64,000 nucleotides of DNA, taken from the NCBI GenBank assembly GCA_018674495.1, contig JABHAA010000043.1:21615-85614 (forward strand), in the 5' to 3' direction. Positions 20,609-28,548 of the stretch are shown piece by piece (position 1 is the first letter of the stretch; each line of letters opens with the position of its first letter). Both the position numbers and the translations under genes were made by a program. This DNA is from Rhodospirillaceae bacterium (GTDB lineage: Bacteria; Pseudomonadota; Alphaproteobacteria; Rhodospirillales; UBA2165). The notes beneath the pieces were generated by a model, which saw nothing but the letters and a program-made list of their open reading frames with translations, was not told the DNA's origin and ran no database searches.

Positions 20609-21784
20609 GTGTATGCGCAATTGAAGCGGGCCACACATCTATTTCTGGATTCGTCCTCGCCGGGCGACAAGGCCGGCATGAGCTTCGATTATTTCATGAT
20701 CGCGCTGATTGTCGCCAACGTGTTCGCCATCATCCTGGAAACCGTCGAAAGCATCTACGTCAAATCGCCGGTGTTCTTTTTCTGGTTCGAGGTGGTATCG
20801 GTGGCCATCTTCACGCTGGAATATGTGCTTCGGGTCTGGTCCTGCGCCGAAGACCCGTCGCGCGGCAGCAACCATCCGATTATGGAGCGCGTGCGCTTTG
20901 TTTTAACGCCCATGGCGATGATCGATTTGCTCGCCTTCCTGCCCTTCTACCTAAGCGCCTTCTTCGGCATCGATTTGCGCATGCTGCGCGCTATCCGGCT
21001 CCTACGCTTGTTAAAACTGTCCCGCTATTCGCCGGCGCTCAGCGTCATCGGTTCGGTGATCATGGCCCAGCACAAGGCGCTGACGGCGGCGCTACTGGTC
21101 ATGCTGATCGCACTTTTGTTTTCGTCCAGCATTCTGTTTGTCCTCGAACAAGACGTGCAACCCGACAAATTCGCCTCCATCCCGGACGCCATGTGGTGGT
21201 CGCTGGCGACCCTGACCACGGTCGGCTATGGCGACGTGGCGCCGATCACGCCATTGGGGCGCTTCTTCGGCGGCATCACCATGATCATCGGCATCGGCAT
21301 GTTCGCTCTGCCCACCGGCGTGATCGCCACCGGCTTTGCCGACGAAATCCGGAAAAGGGATTTTGTCGTCAATTGGAAGCTGGTCTCCGGCGTGCCCCTG
21401 TTCCAGAGCCTCGATGCGGCCCAGGTTGCCGAGATTGTTTCCGTGCTGATGCCTCTGGTTGTGCCCTCGAATTACGCCGTGGTGCGCATCGGCGACGATG
21501 CCGACAGCATGTTCTTTATTATATCGGGACGGCTTGAGGTGGAGCTGCCGCCGAAACCGTTTTATTTGGAGGCCGGCGAATTTTTTGGCGAAATGGCGGT
21601 ACTGTCCGGGGGCAAACGCAGCGCTTCGGTGGTGGCGGTAACCGATTGCAATCTTCTGGAATTGAAGGTCGATGATTTCAAAAAGCTGATGGCGGCACAT
21701 CCGGCCATCGCCCAATCGCTACACGAAGTGATCGCCGAGCGCACCCGGCAATTGGAATTGGCGAGCAAGGAAGATCAGGTATAA
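20609..21784 (+). CDS. Cyclic-nucleotide-gated/regulated K+ channel (6-TM ion-transport domain + C-terminal cNMP-binding domain, MloK1-like)
   Basis: It has an S4-like segment LRAIRLLRLLKLSR and the K+ selectivity filter TLTTVGYGD. The C-terminal cNMP-binding motif is FFGEMAVLSGGKRSASVVA. Confidence 0.85.
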   Translation: MYAQLKRATHLFLDSSSPGDKAGMSFDYFMIALIVANVFAIILETVESIYVKSPVFFFWFEVVSVAIFTLEYVLRVWSCAEDPSRGSNHPIMERVRFVLTPMAMIDLLAFLPFYLSAFFGIDLRMLRAIRLLRLLKLSRYSPALSVIGSVIMAQHKALTAALLVMLIALLFSSSILFVLEQDVQPDKFASIPDAMWWSLATLTTVGYGDVAPITPLGRFFGGITMIIGIGMFALPTGVIATGFADEIRKRDFVVNWKLVSGVPLFQSLDAAQVAEIVSVLMPLVVPSNYAVVRIGDDADSMFFIISGRLEVELPPKPFYLEAGEFFGEMAVLSGGKRSASVVAVTDCNLLELKVDDFKKLMAAHPAIAQSLHEVIAERTRQLELASKEDQV

Positions 21785-21802
21785 TAGGCTTTCGTCTTAC
21801 CC

Positions 21803-22693
21803 GTGGGAGCCAAGAATTTGAGCCTCGACGTAAAGCCCCTCGACAAATTCGGCGCCGAAATAGCGGGCATCGATATCAGCCAGAAGCTGGACGCGAGCGT
21901 CGTTGACGCCATCCGCGCTGCCATCGATATCCACGGCGTGTTGGTATTCCGAAACGCCGCCCCCCTGAGCGATAGCCAGCAGATCGCCTTTGCTGGCGGT
22001 TTCGGCCCCTTGCAGCATTTGAGCATGATAAAAATGCTGGGCGGTGGCGCAACGCGGCTCGACCATACTGAGTTGATTGATGTCTCCAACCTGGACGAGA
22101 CCGGCAAGATTGTCGGCGCCGATGACCGCCGGCGGCATTTTCATGACGCCAATCTTTTGTGGCACACGGACGTATCGTTCGACGCCAACCGGGCTGTTTA
22201 TTCGATCCTGTCGGCGCGCATCCTCCCTCCCGCCGGCGGCGACACGGACTTTGCCGATATGCGCGGCGCCTACGCAGCCCTGACCGACAAGCGAAAGGCC
22301 GAGCTGGATGGCTTGGAGGTCGAGCATTCGATCTGGTATTCCAGGGCGCTGGGCGGATTTACAGCAGTCAGCGAAGACGAAATGGCCACCCGCCCGCCGG
22401 CCCGCCACGGGCTGGTCAGCGCTAACCCGCGCACCGGCACCAAGGCTTTGTACCTCGCCTCGCACGCTTCGCACATTATCGGTTGGCCCGAAGATGAGAG
22501 CCGCGCACTTCTCGATGAGTTGATAGACTATGCGACCGAGGACCGCTTTTTCTACGGCCATGTCTGGCAGCCCGGCGACGTGGTCATGTGGGACAACCAA
22601 ACGACCATGCACCGGGCGACGGAATTTGACAGCCTCACCCATGTCCGCGACATGCGCCGGGTGACCACCCTGGAACGGGAAATGGTGCGTTAG
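21803..22693 (+). CDS. TauD/TfdA-family Fe(II)/2-oxoglutarate dioxygenase (paralogue 1 of 3)
   Basis: 296 aa with FGAEIAGIDIS, LLWHTDVSF (HxD) and VVMWDNQTTMHRA. Confidence 0.85.
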   Translation: MGAKNLSLDVKPLDKFGAEIAGIDISQKLDASVVDAIRAAIDIHGVLVFRNAAPLSDSQQIAFAGGFGPLQHLSMIKMLGGGATRLDHTELIDVSNLDETGKIVGADDRRRHFHDANLLWHTDVSFDANRAVYSILSARILPPAGGDTDFADMRGAYAALTDKRKAELDGLEVEHSIWYSRALGGFTAVSEDEMATRPPARHGLVSANPRTGTKALYLASHASHIIGWPEDESRALLDELIDYATEDRFFYGHVWQPGDVVMWDNQTTMHRATEFDSLTHVRDMRRVTTLEREMVR

Positions 22694-22958
22694 AGTCTAG
22701 AGCGTTCTACATTTAGTTTGAAGCGTATCCGGAATTTTTGAAATAATTTGCGCATTCCTGTTGTTAGAATTTATCTAACAGTGTGGGGATGAGAATCGGC
22801 TTCACATAGGCGGTGAAGCTGACGGCGTTTATGGGGCCGCCGACCTCGATTATTGATATAAGCTTTTATTATATAACGATAATACGAATTGGGTTCGTTT
22901 CGTAGTTGCCCCGATGTGACGATTGGGACTCTATTTGGTGACCCGCGTTTATTTCGTG

Positions 22959-23005
22959 ACAGTATACTAATTAACGCATGCTAAAATAGTTAATTAGTAT
23001 ACTGT
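22959..23005. repeat. Perfect 17-bp inverted repeat with a 13-nt spacer inside an AT-rich convergent intergenic region
   Basis: ACAGTATACTAATTAAC (22959..22975) and GTTAATTAGTATACTGT (22989..23005) are exact reverse complements. The spacer is GCATGCTAAAATA. Confidence 0.85.
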
Positions 23006-23080
23006 AACGAATTAACTTCAGCCAACATCTTGAACCGCAATCCATGGTTCTTGGGAATTCCCTTTTTCAATTCATCCTAT

Positions 23081-24178
23081 TCATAGGATGCTCTGGGCCG
23101 CGCGCCCACCTAGCCTCGCCAACAATTTCAGACCATCTTCAGCCAATTGCCGCGTTAATTCGCCGCTGCCCATTTCGGAGGCGAGCGCTGCCGCTTGGCC
23201 CGACCAGAGCGACGAGAAATCGGTGCGCCCGTTCTCCTCGGCTTTGACTTTCAAGGGCGCCAATGCGCCGCCAGCGGTTGGAAAGATCGGCGCGGCATCG
23301 GACATTGGCCCGGCTTCACGCATAATGCGATTTACCAGCCCGCGCGCCGGCCGGCCGGAAAATATATTGGTCAGCATCGTTTGATCGTCCTTGGCGCTAC
23401 GCAAGGCATCTTTGTGGAGTTCAGAGATCGTCGCTTCGGGCGTCAAGAGATAAGCGGTGCCCAATTGAACGCCCGCCGCGCCGAGGGCAAAGGCCGCCGC
23501 AATACCGCGCGCGTCGGCAATGCCGCCAGATGCGATCACCGGAACGGAAACCGCATCGACGACTTGCGGCACCAGGGCCATGGTGCCGGCCTGGGTGGTG
23601 ATATCCTCAGCCAGGAACATGCCACGATGGCCACCGGCTTCATAGCCCTGGGCGATGACCGCATCGCATCCGTTATCTTGCAGCCAACTGGCCTCGGCAA
23701 CGCTGGTGGCCGATGCGATGACGGTACAGCCGGCGGACTTCACACGGCGCACAAGCTCCTTTGCGGGAAGCCCAAAGTGAAAACTCACAATTTCAGGGAC
23801 AACCTCTTCGACAATAGTGCACATTTCGTCGTCAAAGGGCCTGCGGTTGGGAGCCGGCGCCGCCGCCGATAAATTCAGTCCCAATTCCAAATAAAATCGC
23901 TCAAGCGCCTTTCGCCATTGAATTTCGGCATCAGGGTCCGGCTCTTCAGGCGTATGGCAGAAGAAATTTGTATTCAACGGCTTCGTCGTTTGTTGCCTAA
24001 TGACGCCAATTTCGGCGCGCACTTTGTCGGCGTCCAGCATTGCGCAGGGCAAGGAGCCGAGGCCGCCTGCCTCGCTGACTGCAATCGCCATGGCCGCGCC
24101 ATTGGCGCCTGCCATCGGCGCCTGAATAATGGGTAATTCAGTACCCAACAAATCCAGAAGTCTTCGGTTGGGCCACAT
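23081..24178 (-). CDS. Nitronate monooxygenase / NMO-family FMN oxidoreductase
   Basis: 365 aa with LPIIQAPMAGANGAAMAIAVSEAGGLGSLPC and VPVIASGGIADARGIAAAFALGAAGVQLGTAYL. It starts 18 nt downstream of the TPR-GT gene on the same strand. Confidence 0.85.
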   Translation of the reverse strand: MWPNRRLLDLLGTELPIIQAPMAGANGAAMAIAVSEAGGLGSLPCAMLDADKVRAEIGVIRQQTTKPLNTNFFCHTPEEPDPDAEIQWRKALERFYLELGLNLSAAAPAPNRRPFDDEMCTIVEEVVPEIVSFHFGLPAKELVRRVKSAGCTVIASATSVAEASWLQDNGCDAVIAQGYEAGGHRGMFLAEDITTQAGTMALVPQVVDAVSVPVIASGGIADARGIAAAFALGAAGVQLGTAYLLTPEATISELHKDALRSAKDDQTMLTNIFSGRPARGLVNRIMREAGPMSDAAPIFPTAGGALAPLKVKAEENGRTDFSSLWSGQAAALASEMGSGELTRQLAEDGLKLLARLGGRAAQSIL

Positions 24179-24196
24179 GATCTTACCTTTTACGCC

Positions 24197-25891
24197 TCAA
24201 TGGATGCCGAGAAAAATTTGAAACGCGCCCGCCAATTTTGTGAACGCATCGTCCCAATTGCCGGGCTCGGATTGGCGGAACACCTGAATAGATGGATGCC
24301 AGTCGTGGTCGTGGCCGGCCAACCCGAAGCGCCATTCCGGCGCGCTGGAGAGCAATGTAAAAGTGGGAATGCCCTGGGCGCCGGAAACCTGGATGGTGGA
24401 ATTGTCCACCGATATGACCAAGTCCATGGCCGCCACCTGGGCGAACCAATCTTCGGCATTGGTCAGAGGGTCGACCGAGCCATCCACATAGACATCGGCG
24501 CCGTAGGCGATGCGCGCCGCCTCGATATCGCCGGCGGTCTCGCCATATTGCAGAGAGATGAAGTTGCACCCGGCCCGGGTCAGAATATTGCGCCAAAGCC
24601 CCAGCGGCGCGCTTCGCTCATGGCCGACGATGGGATTGCCGCTGCGCCAGCAGATACCAATATTCAGCCCCGGCCCGAGTGCCTGATAACGTGTCCGCAA
24701 TTCCGCAACTCGCGTGGGTTCGGGTTCAAGATAGCGCCCCCGGTTCGCGGTAAAGCTGATTTTCGAGCTTCGCAAATAGGTGCAAAGGGACGCCATCGGC
24801 GCCTGGTAATCGATGCCCGCCCCGTCGATGAGCCCACTGGGCGGATCGCTGCGCGCCACCACCGCTGCGTCCGGAAACGAGCGCTGGAATATGGGTGCCA
24901 AGCGGTCGTTGCATTCCAAAACCAGCTCGGCGCCCGAAGCCAGCAGATCGGGGATCGGGTTCGCGAACATGATCTCATCGCCGATGCCCTGCTCCGACCA
25001 AACCAGGACCCGGCGCCCCTTCAACGGCTCGCCTTGCCATTGGGGATAGGGGAATTGCCGCCAGCTGGAAGGGAAATCATGGCATTTCCAGCGCCATTCG
25101 TTTTCGATCCAGCCCTCTTCGTAATTGCCCTCCATCAACAAGATGCGGCTCAGATTGAAATGGGCTTCGGGAAACTTAGGGTCGGACTTGATGGCCTGGC
25201 GCAGCGCGTTTTCGGCATCGGTCCAGCGGTGCTGGGCGGCCCGGGCAAGGCCCAAATTACTGAACGCCTGCGCATTGGCGGGATCAAGGTTGATGGCCCG
25301 ATCATAATGGCTGGCGGCAGTTTCAGCATCGCCGGCGCCGAGGCTGGCATTGCCAAGATTGACATGGGCGGCGGCGTAGCCCGGGTCCTTGTCAACGGCA
25401 CGGCCAAAGGCCTGGACGGCCAGACCCGATTTGCCCATGGCGAGATAGGCAAGCCCGGCCTTGTCTTCCGGTTCGGGCAATTCGGTTGCGCCCAGAATCG
25501 CCAACTGGGCGGCGGCGAGAGCTTCGTGCGCGCGGCCCATGCGCGACAGCACGAACGACATACGGCAGAGAAAATCGGTATCGCCAGGCCGGCAATTCAG
25601 CGCCTGTGCCAAGGCGGCGCGGGCTTCGCCGTAGGCACCCTTGTCGATCTCGAATCTGGCTAATCCGTTCAAGGCATGCAAATAATTGCGCGTGAATTCG
25701 GGGCGCCCGGGCTCTGAATTACGGGCCGATTGCAGCAATCCGGCGGCTGACCGCCAGCGCGCCTGGCGCATGCGGATCAATCCCAAAGCATGATGGGCAT
25801 CGGCGTTTTCCGGCTGCGCCGCCAGCACCTGTTCGGCGATGGTTTCAATCTCGGCCAGTTTGGCCTCTGCCGCGGCATCCAAATTGGTCAT
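24197..25891 (-). CDS. TPR repeat protein with a C-terminal glycosyltransferase family 9 (heptosyltransferase)-like domain
   Basis: I moved the start to the ATG at 25891, which forms an ATGA overlap with the radical SAM gene's stop. There are several TPR repeats (AHVNLGNASLGAGDAETAASHYDRAINLDPANAQAFSNLG...). These are followed by RRVLVWSEQGIGDEIMFANPIPDL, IGICWRSG and LVISVDNSTIQVSGAQGIPTFTLL. Confidence 0.75.
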   Translation of the reverse strand: MTNLDAAAEAKLAEIETIAEQVLAAQPENADAHHALGLIRMRQARWRSAAGLLQSARNSEPGRPEFTRNYLHALNGLARFEIDKGAYGEARAALAQALNCRPGDTDFLCRMSFVLSRMGRAHEALAAAQLAILGATELPEPEDKAGLAYLAMGKSGLAVQAFGRAVDKDPGYAAAHVNLGNASLGAGDAETAASHYDRAINLDPANAQAFSNLGLARAAQHRWTDAENALRQAIKSDPKFPEAHFNLSRILLMEGNYEEGWIENEWRWKCHDFPSSWRQFPYPQWQGEPLKGRRVLVWSEQGIGDEIMFANPIPDLLASGAELVLECNDRLAPIFQRSFPDAAVVARSDPPSGLIDGAGIDYQAPMASLCTYLRSSKISFTANRGRYLEPEPTRVAELRTRYQALGPGLNIGICWRSGNPIVGHERSAPLGLWRNILTRAGCNFISLQYGETAGDIEAARIAYGADVYVDGSVDPLTNAEDWFAQVAAMDLVISVDNSTIQVSGAQGIPTFTLLSSAPEWRFGLAGHDHDWHPSIQVFRQSEPGNWDDAFTKLAGAFQIFLGIH

Positions 25892-26874
25892 GAGGTATAG
25901 GCCCGGTGGTCGAGGCCGCCGACAATTTTGGACTGGCCATAGCTGCGCCCCGGAATATTGCTCCACACCAGGGCGTCTGGAAAATCATAAAGCTGATCGC
26001 AATCGGCGCAGTAGGAGATGTCATCGAAGCGCCCCTCCCGATGGGCGGCGCGCAATTCCTCGTAAGGCGCACCGCCAACCACTTCGGCGATGCTCTGATC
26101 ATCCAGATGGCCGAGCGTCGCCTCGCCGTCCTTGCCGAGCACCATACAGCAGGCGACGACGGCGCCGTGATGGCCGTCCAGCCCGCCGGCGCGCACCTGC
26201 AGTAATTCGGAAAACGGCCGTCCGCAGGACCGCTTGACCGGCGCATCCGTCAACGCTGCGCGGTCGTAGGGAGACGCATAGCCGCCCGACCAGTTATGCA
26301 TCATCCAAATCTCGGCGAAGGCACCGGTCGCCTCGACCCAGTTTTTCCGGTAGGCGGCAATTTCTTCATCGCGCCGCGCCGCATCGGTGAGCAGATGATA
26401 GAGGTGAATTTCGGTCCCCGTCCCTTGTGCCATTTGGGCAAAGCGGGTGACGTTGGCGCGCACGCTTTCGAACACATCCATGCTCATCCAGCGGTGGTAG
26501 CTTTGCGCATCGGCGCCGATGGCCGACACCCGCAAAATATCGATCCCCGCATCGATCAAGCGCCCGGCCATGGCTTCATCCAGCCGGTAGCCGTTGGAGA
26601 ATGAGATACAGATGAGCCCGCGCGCCTTGATGGCGGCCACCGCGTCCGGCATATCGCTGTTCATGGTCGGCTCGCCGGAGCCGTGCAGGGAGACTGATTC
26701 GACGCCGTACTGCATGGCGTCATCGAGAATTTTTTCCAAGGTTTCGGCGGGCATTTTTTTCAAGAAATCCCGCTCCCGGCCATCCGCCTGCGGGCACATT
26801 TGGCATTTGAAATTACAGCCGCCGTTCAGCTCCAGATCGAGCTGTTTGATCTTGATGGACCCGGGAACAGGCAT
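25888..26874 (-). CDS. Radical SAM protein with a Cys-rich SPASM/twitch-like C-terminal domain
   Basis: 328 aa. It has the CxxxCxxC cluster NGGCNFKCQMCPQ and GSGEPT. C-terminal cysteines are in SCGRPF, VVACCMVLG and YCADCDQ. Confidence 0.85.
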   Translation of the reverse strand: MPVPGSIKIKQLDLELNGGCNFKCQMCPQADGRERDFLKKMPAETLEKILDDAMQYGVESVSLHGSGEPTMNSDMPDAVAAIKARGLICISFSNGYRLDEAMAGRLIDAGIDILRVSAIGADAQSYHRWMSMDVFESVRANVTRFAQMAQGTGTEIHLYHLLTDAARRDEEIAAYRKNWVEATGAFAEIWMMHNWSGGYASPYDRAALTDAPVKRSCGRPFSELLQVRAGGLDGHHGAVVACCMVLGKDGEATLGHLDDQSIAEVVGGAPYEELRAAHREGRFDDISYCADCDQLYDFPDALVWSNIPGRSYGQSKIVGGLDHRAYTS

Positions 26875-26879
26875 GATGC

Positions 26880-27380
26880 CTAACCGCTCTGCTTGACGCT
26901 AATGATCAGATCGCACACCTCACGGACGGCACCATTGCCGCCGTTTTTTTTGGTGACGTACAGGGCCGCATCCCTGGCCATCGGCATGGCGTCCTGAACG
27001 CTCAACGGGCAGCCGACCGCTTGCAGCACCGGCAGATCGTTTACATCGTCGCCCATATGGGCCACCTGATCCAGATCGATGCCCATCTTGTCGCAAAGCC
27101 CAACCAGCGCCGCCAGCTTGTCCTCGGTCTCCAGATACACATGCTCCAAGCCCAGCCGGTGACCCCGGTGGGCGATGGCCGGCGCGGAGCTTGCCGTTAT
27201 GATCACCACCTCGACGCCGGCGCGGCGTAGCATCTGCATGCCCATACCGTCCTTGACGTTGAACTTGCGCATCTCGTCGCCGGCATCGGTATAATAAAGA
27301 CCGCCATCGGTGAGCACACCGTCGGTGTCCAGAGACAACAACTTCAGCCCAGCCAGGCGCCCACGCAACAAATCATCCAT
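26880..27380 (-). CDS. kdsC: 3-deoxy-D-manno-octulosonate-8-phosphate phosphatase (HAD-IIIA, KdsC/YrbI family)
   Basis: 166 aa with LLSLDTDGVLTDGGLYY, FNVKDGMG, MGDDVNDLP and GGNGAVREVCDLI. It aligns along its whole length with E. coli KdsC as I recall it. Confidence 0.8.
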   Translation of the reverse strand: MDDLLRGRLAGLKLLSLDTDGVLTDGGLYYTDAGDEMRKFNVKDGMGMQMLRRAGVEVVIITASSAPAIAHRGHRLGLEHVYLETEDKLAALVGLCDKMGIDLDQVAHMGDDVNDLPVLQAVGCPLSVQDAMPMARDAALYVTKKNGGNGAVREVCDLIISVKQSG

Positions 27381-27385
27381 GCGGT

Positions 27386-28117
27386 TCAGTCCCCGCCGGC
27401 CAAGATGACCGCCACTTGGGCCGCGTCTTCAGGCGTATCGACGCCGATAGAGCCGGGCGCCACGGCGACGCAGGCGATACGTTCGCCATGTTCTAGAAAA
27501 CGCAGCATCTCGCCGCTTTCAGCGCGCTCCACCGGACCTCGCTCCCAGGCTGCAAAGCGCGCAATCGCGGCCCCGGTAAAGGCATAGAGGCCCACATGGA
27601 CGGTGCGCGGCATCGCCTCGGCCATCGGAAAGGGCAGTGGGAACCGGGACAACATCATCACGCAGCCATCCAGGCTCGGCACCAGATGCACCACCGACGG
27701 ATCATCCAGTTGCTCGTCGCTGGCTTCGGCAATATAGCCAGTGGAAACTTCAATGCCGCGCGTGAGGTTATCGCTCAGGCAGTTGACCACCGCGTCGATG
27801 GCGGCGGGCTCGATGAGCGGCTCGTCGCCCTGCACATTCACATAAATATCGGCGTTCATTTTATCGGCCACCTCGGCGCCCCGGTCGGTTCCGGTCAGAT
27901 GATCGGAGGAGGTCATCACCGCCTGCATTCCATTGGCGGCGCAATAGTCCATGATTTCGTCGTCTTCGGTGGCAATGACCACGTTATCGATGGTGGCGGC
28001 TTCGCTGGCGCGCTCCCACACCCATTGGATCATCGGCTTGCCGGCGATATCGGCCAGCGGCTTGCCGGGAAAGCGCGTGGAAGACATACGCGCCGGTATG
28101 ATGGCCAGCGTGCTCAT
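27386..28117 (-). CDS. kdsB: 3-deoxy-manno-octulosonate cytidylyltransferase (CMP-Kdo synthetase)
   Basis: 243 aa with AIIPARMSSTRFPGKPLADIAGKPMIQWVWERA, HLTGTDR and VNVQGDEPLI. Confidence 0.85.
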   Translation of the reverse strand: MSTLAIIPARMSSTRFPGKPLADIAGKPMIQWVWERASEAATIDNVVIATEDDEIMDYCAANGMQAVMTSSDHLTGTDRGAEVADKMNADIYVNVQGDEPLIEPAAIDAVVNCLSDNLTRGIEVSTGYIAEASDEQLDDPSVVHLVPSLDGCVMMLSRFPLPFPMAEAMPRTVHVGLYAFTGAAIARFAAWERGPVERAESGEMLRFLEHGERIACVAVAPGSIGVDTPEDAAQVAVILAGGD

Positions 28118-28548
28118 TCGCCGAGCAACGCCCGGAGCGCCGGATGCAGATGGATCAGCCCTTGCAAGTGGCCGCCTTCGTCCAGCACCGGCAGATCGAA
28201 GATCTCCCGCTCCTGCAACAGGTTGAGCGCATCATCGATGCTGGTATCGGCGCGAACGGAAGAAAACTCCCGGCGCGCGTGATCGATAATGTCATCGGCA
28301 AACAGGGCCGAGAGCGGCTTTTGGCTGCGCAGTAACAAGCGCCGCAAATCGCCATCGGTGAACAGCCCGATCAGCCGCCCGTCATCATCGACGATACAGG
28401 CGAGACCCAGCTTGCTGGCCGACATTTTCTCCAGCGCCTCCTTGACCAGGGTACGCGGCGGCACCACCGGGATTGCTTCCGGCGGGAGTAGAATGTCTGC
28501 GATAGTCCTAGTCGTCGAGGTGGACACGGTCCTCTCCCCATTCCTCAA
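28114..28548 (-). CDS. Stand-alone CBS-domain pair protein (resembles the C-terminal half of KpsF/KdsD, with no SIS domain)
   Basis: 144 aa with two CBS-like repeats (LGLACIVDDDGRLIGLFTDGDLRR, IFDLPVLDEGGHLQGLIHLH). It overlaps kdsB by 4 nt and the kdsA 3' end by 41 nt if the annotated ATG is used. Confidence 0.7.
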   Translation of the reverse strand: MRNGERTVSTSTTRTIADILLPPEAIPVVPPRTLVKEALEKMSASKLGLACIVDDDGRLIGLFTDGDLRRLLLRSQKPLSALFADDIIDHARREFSSVRADTSIDDALNLLQEREIFDLPVLDEGGHLQGLIHLHPALRALLGE

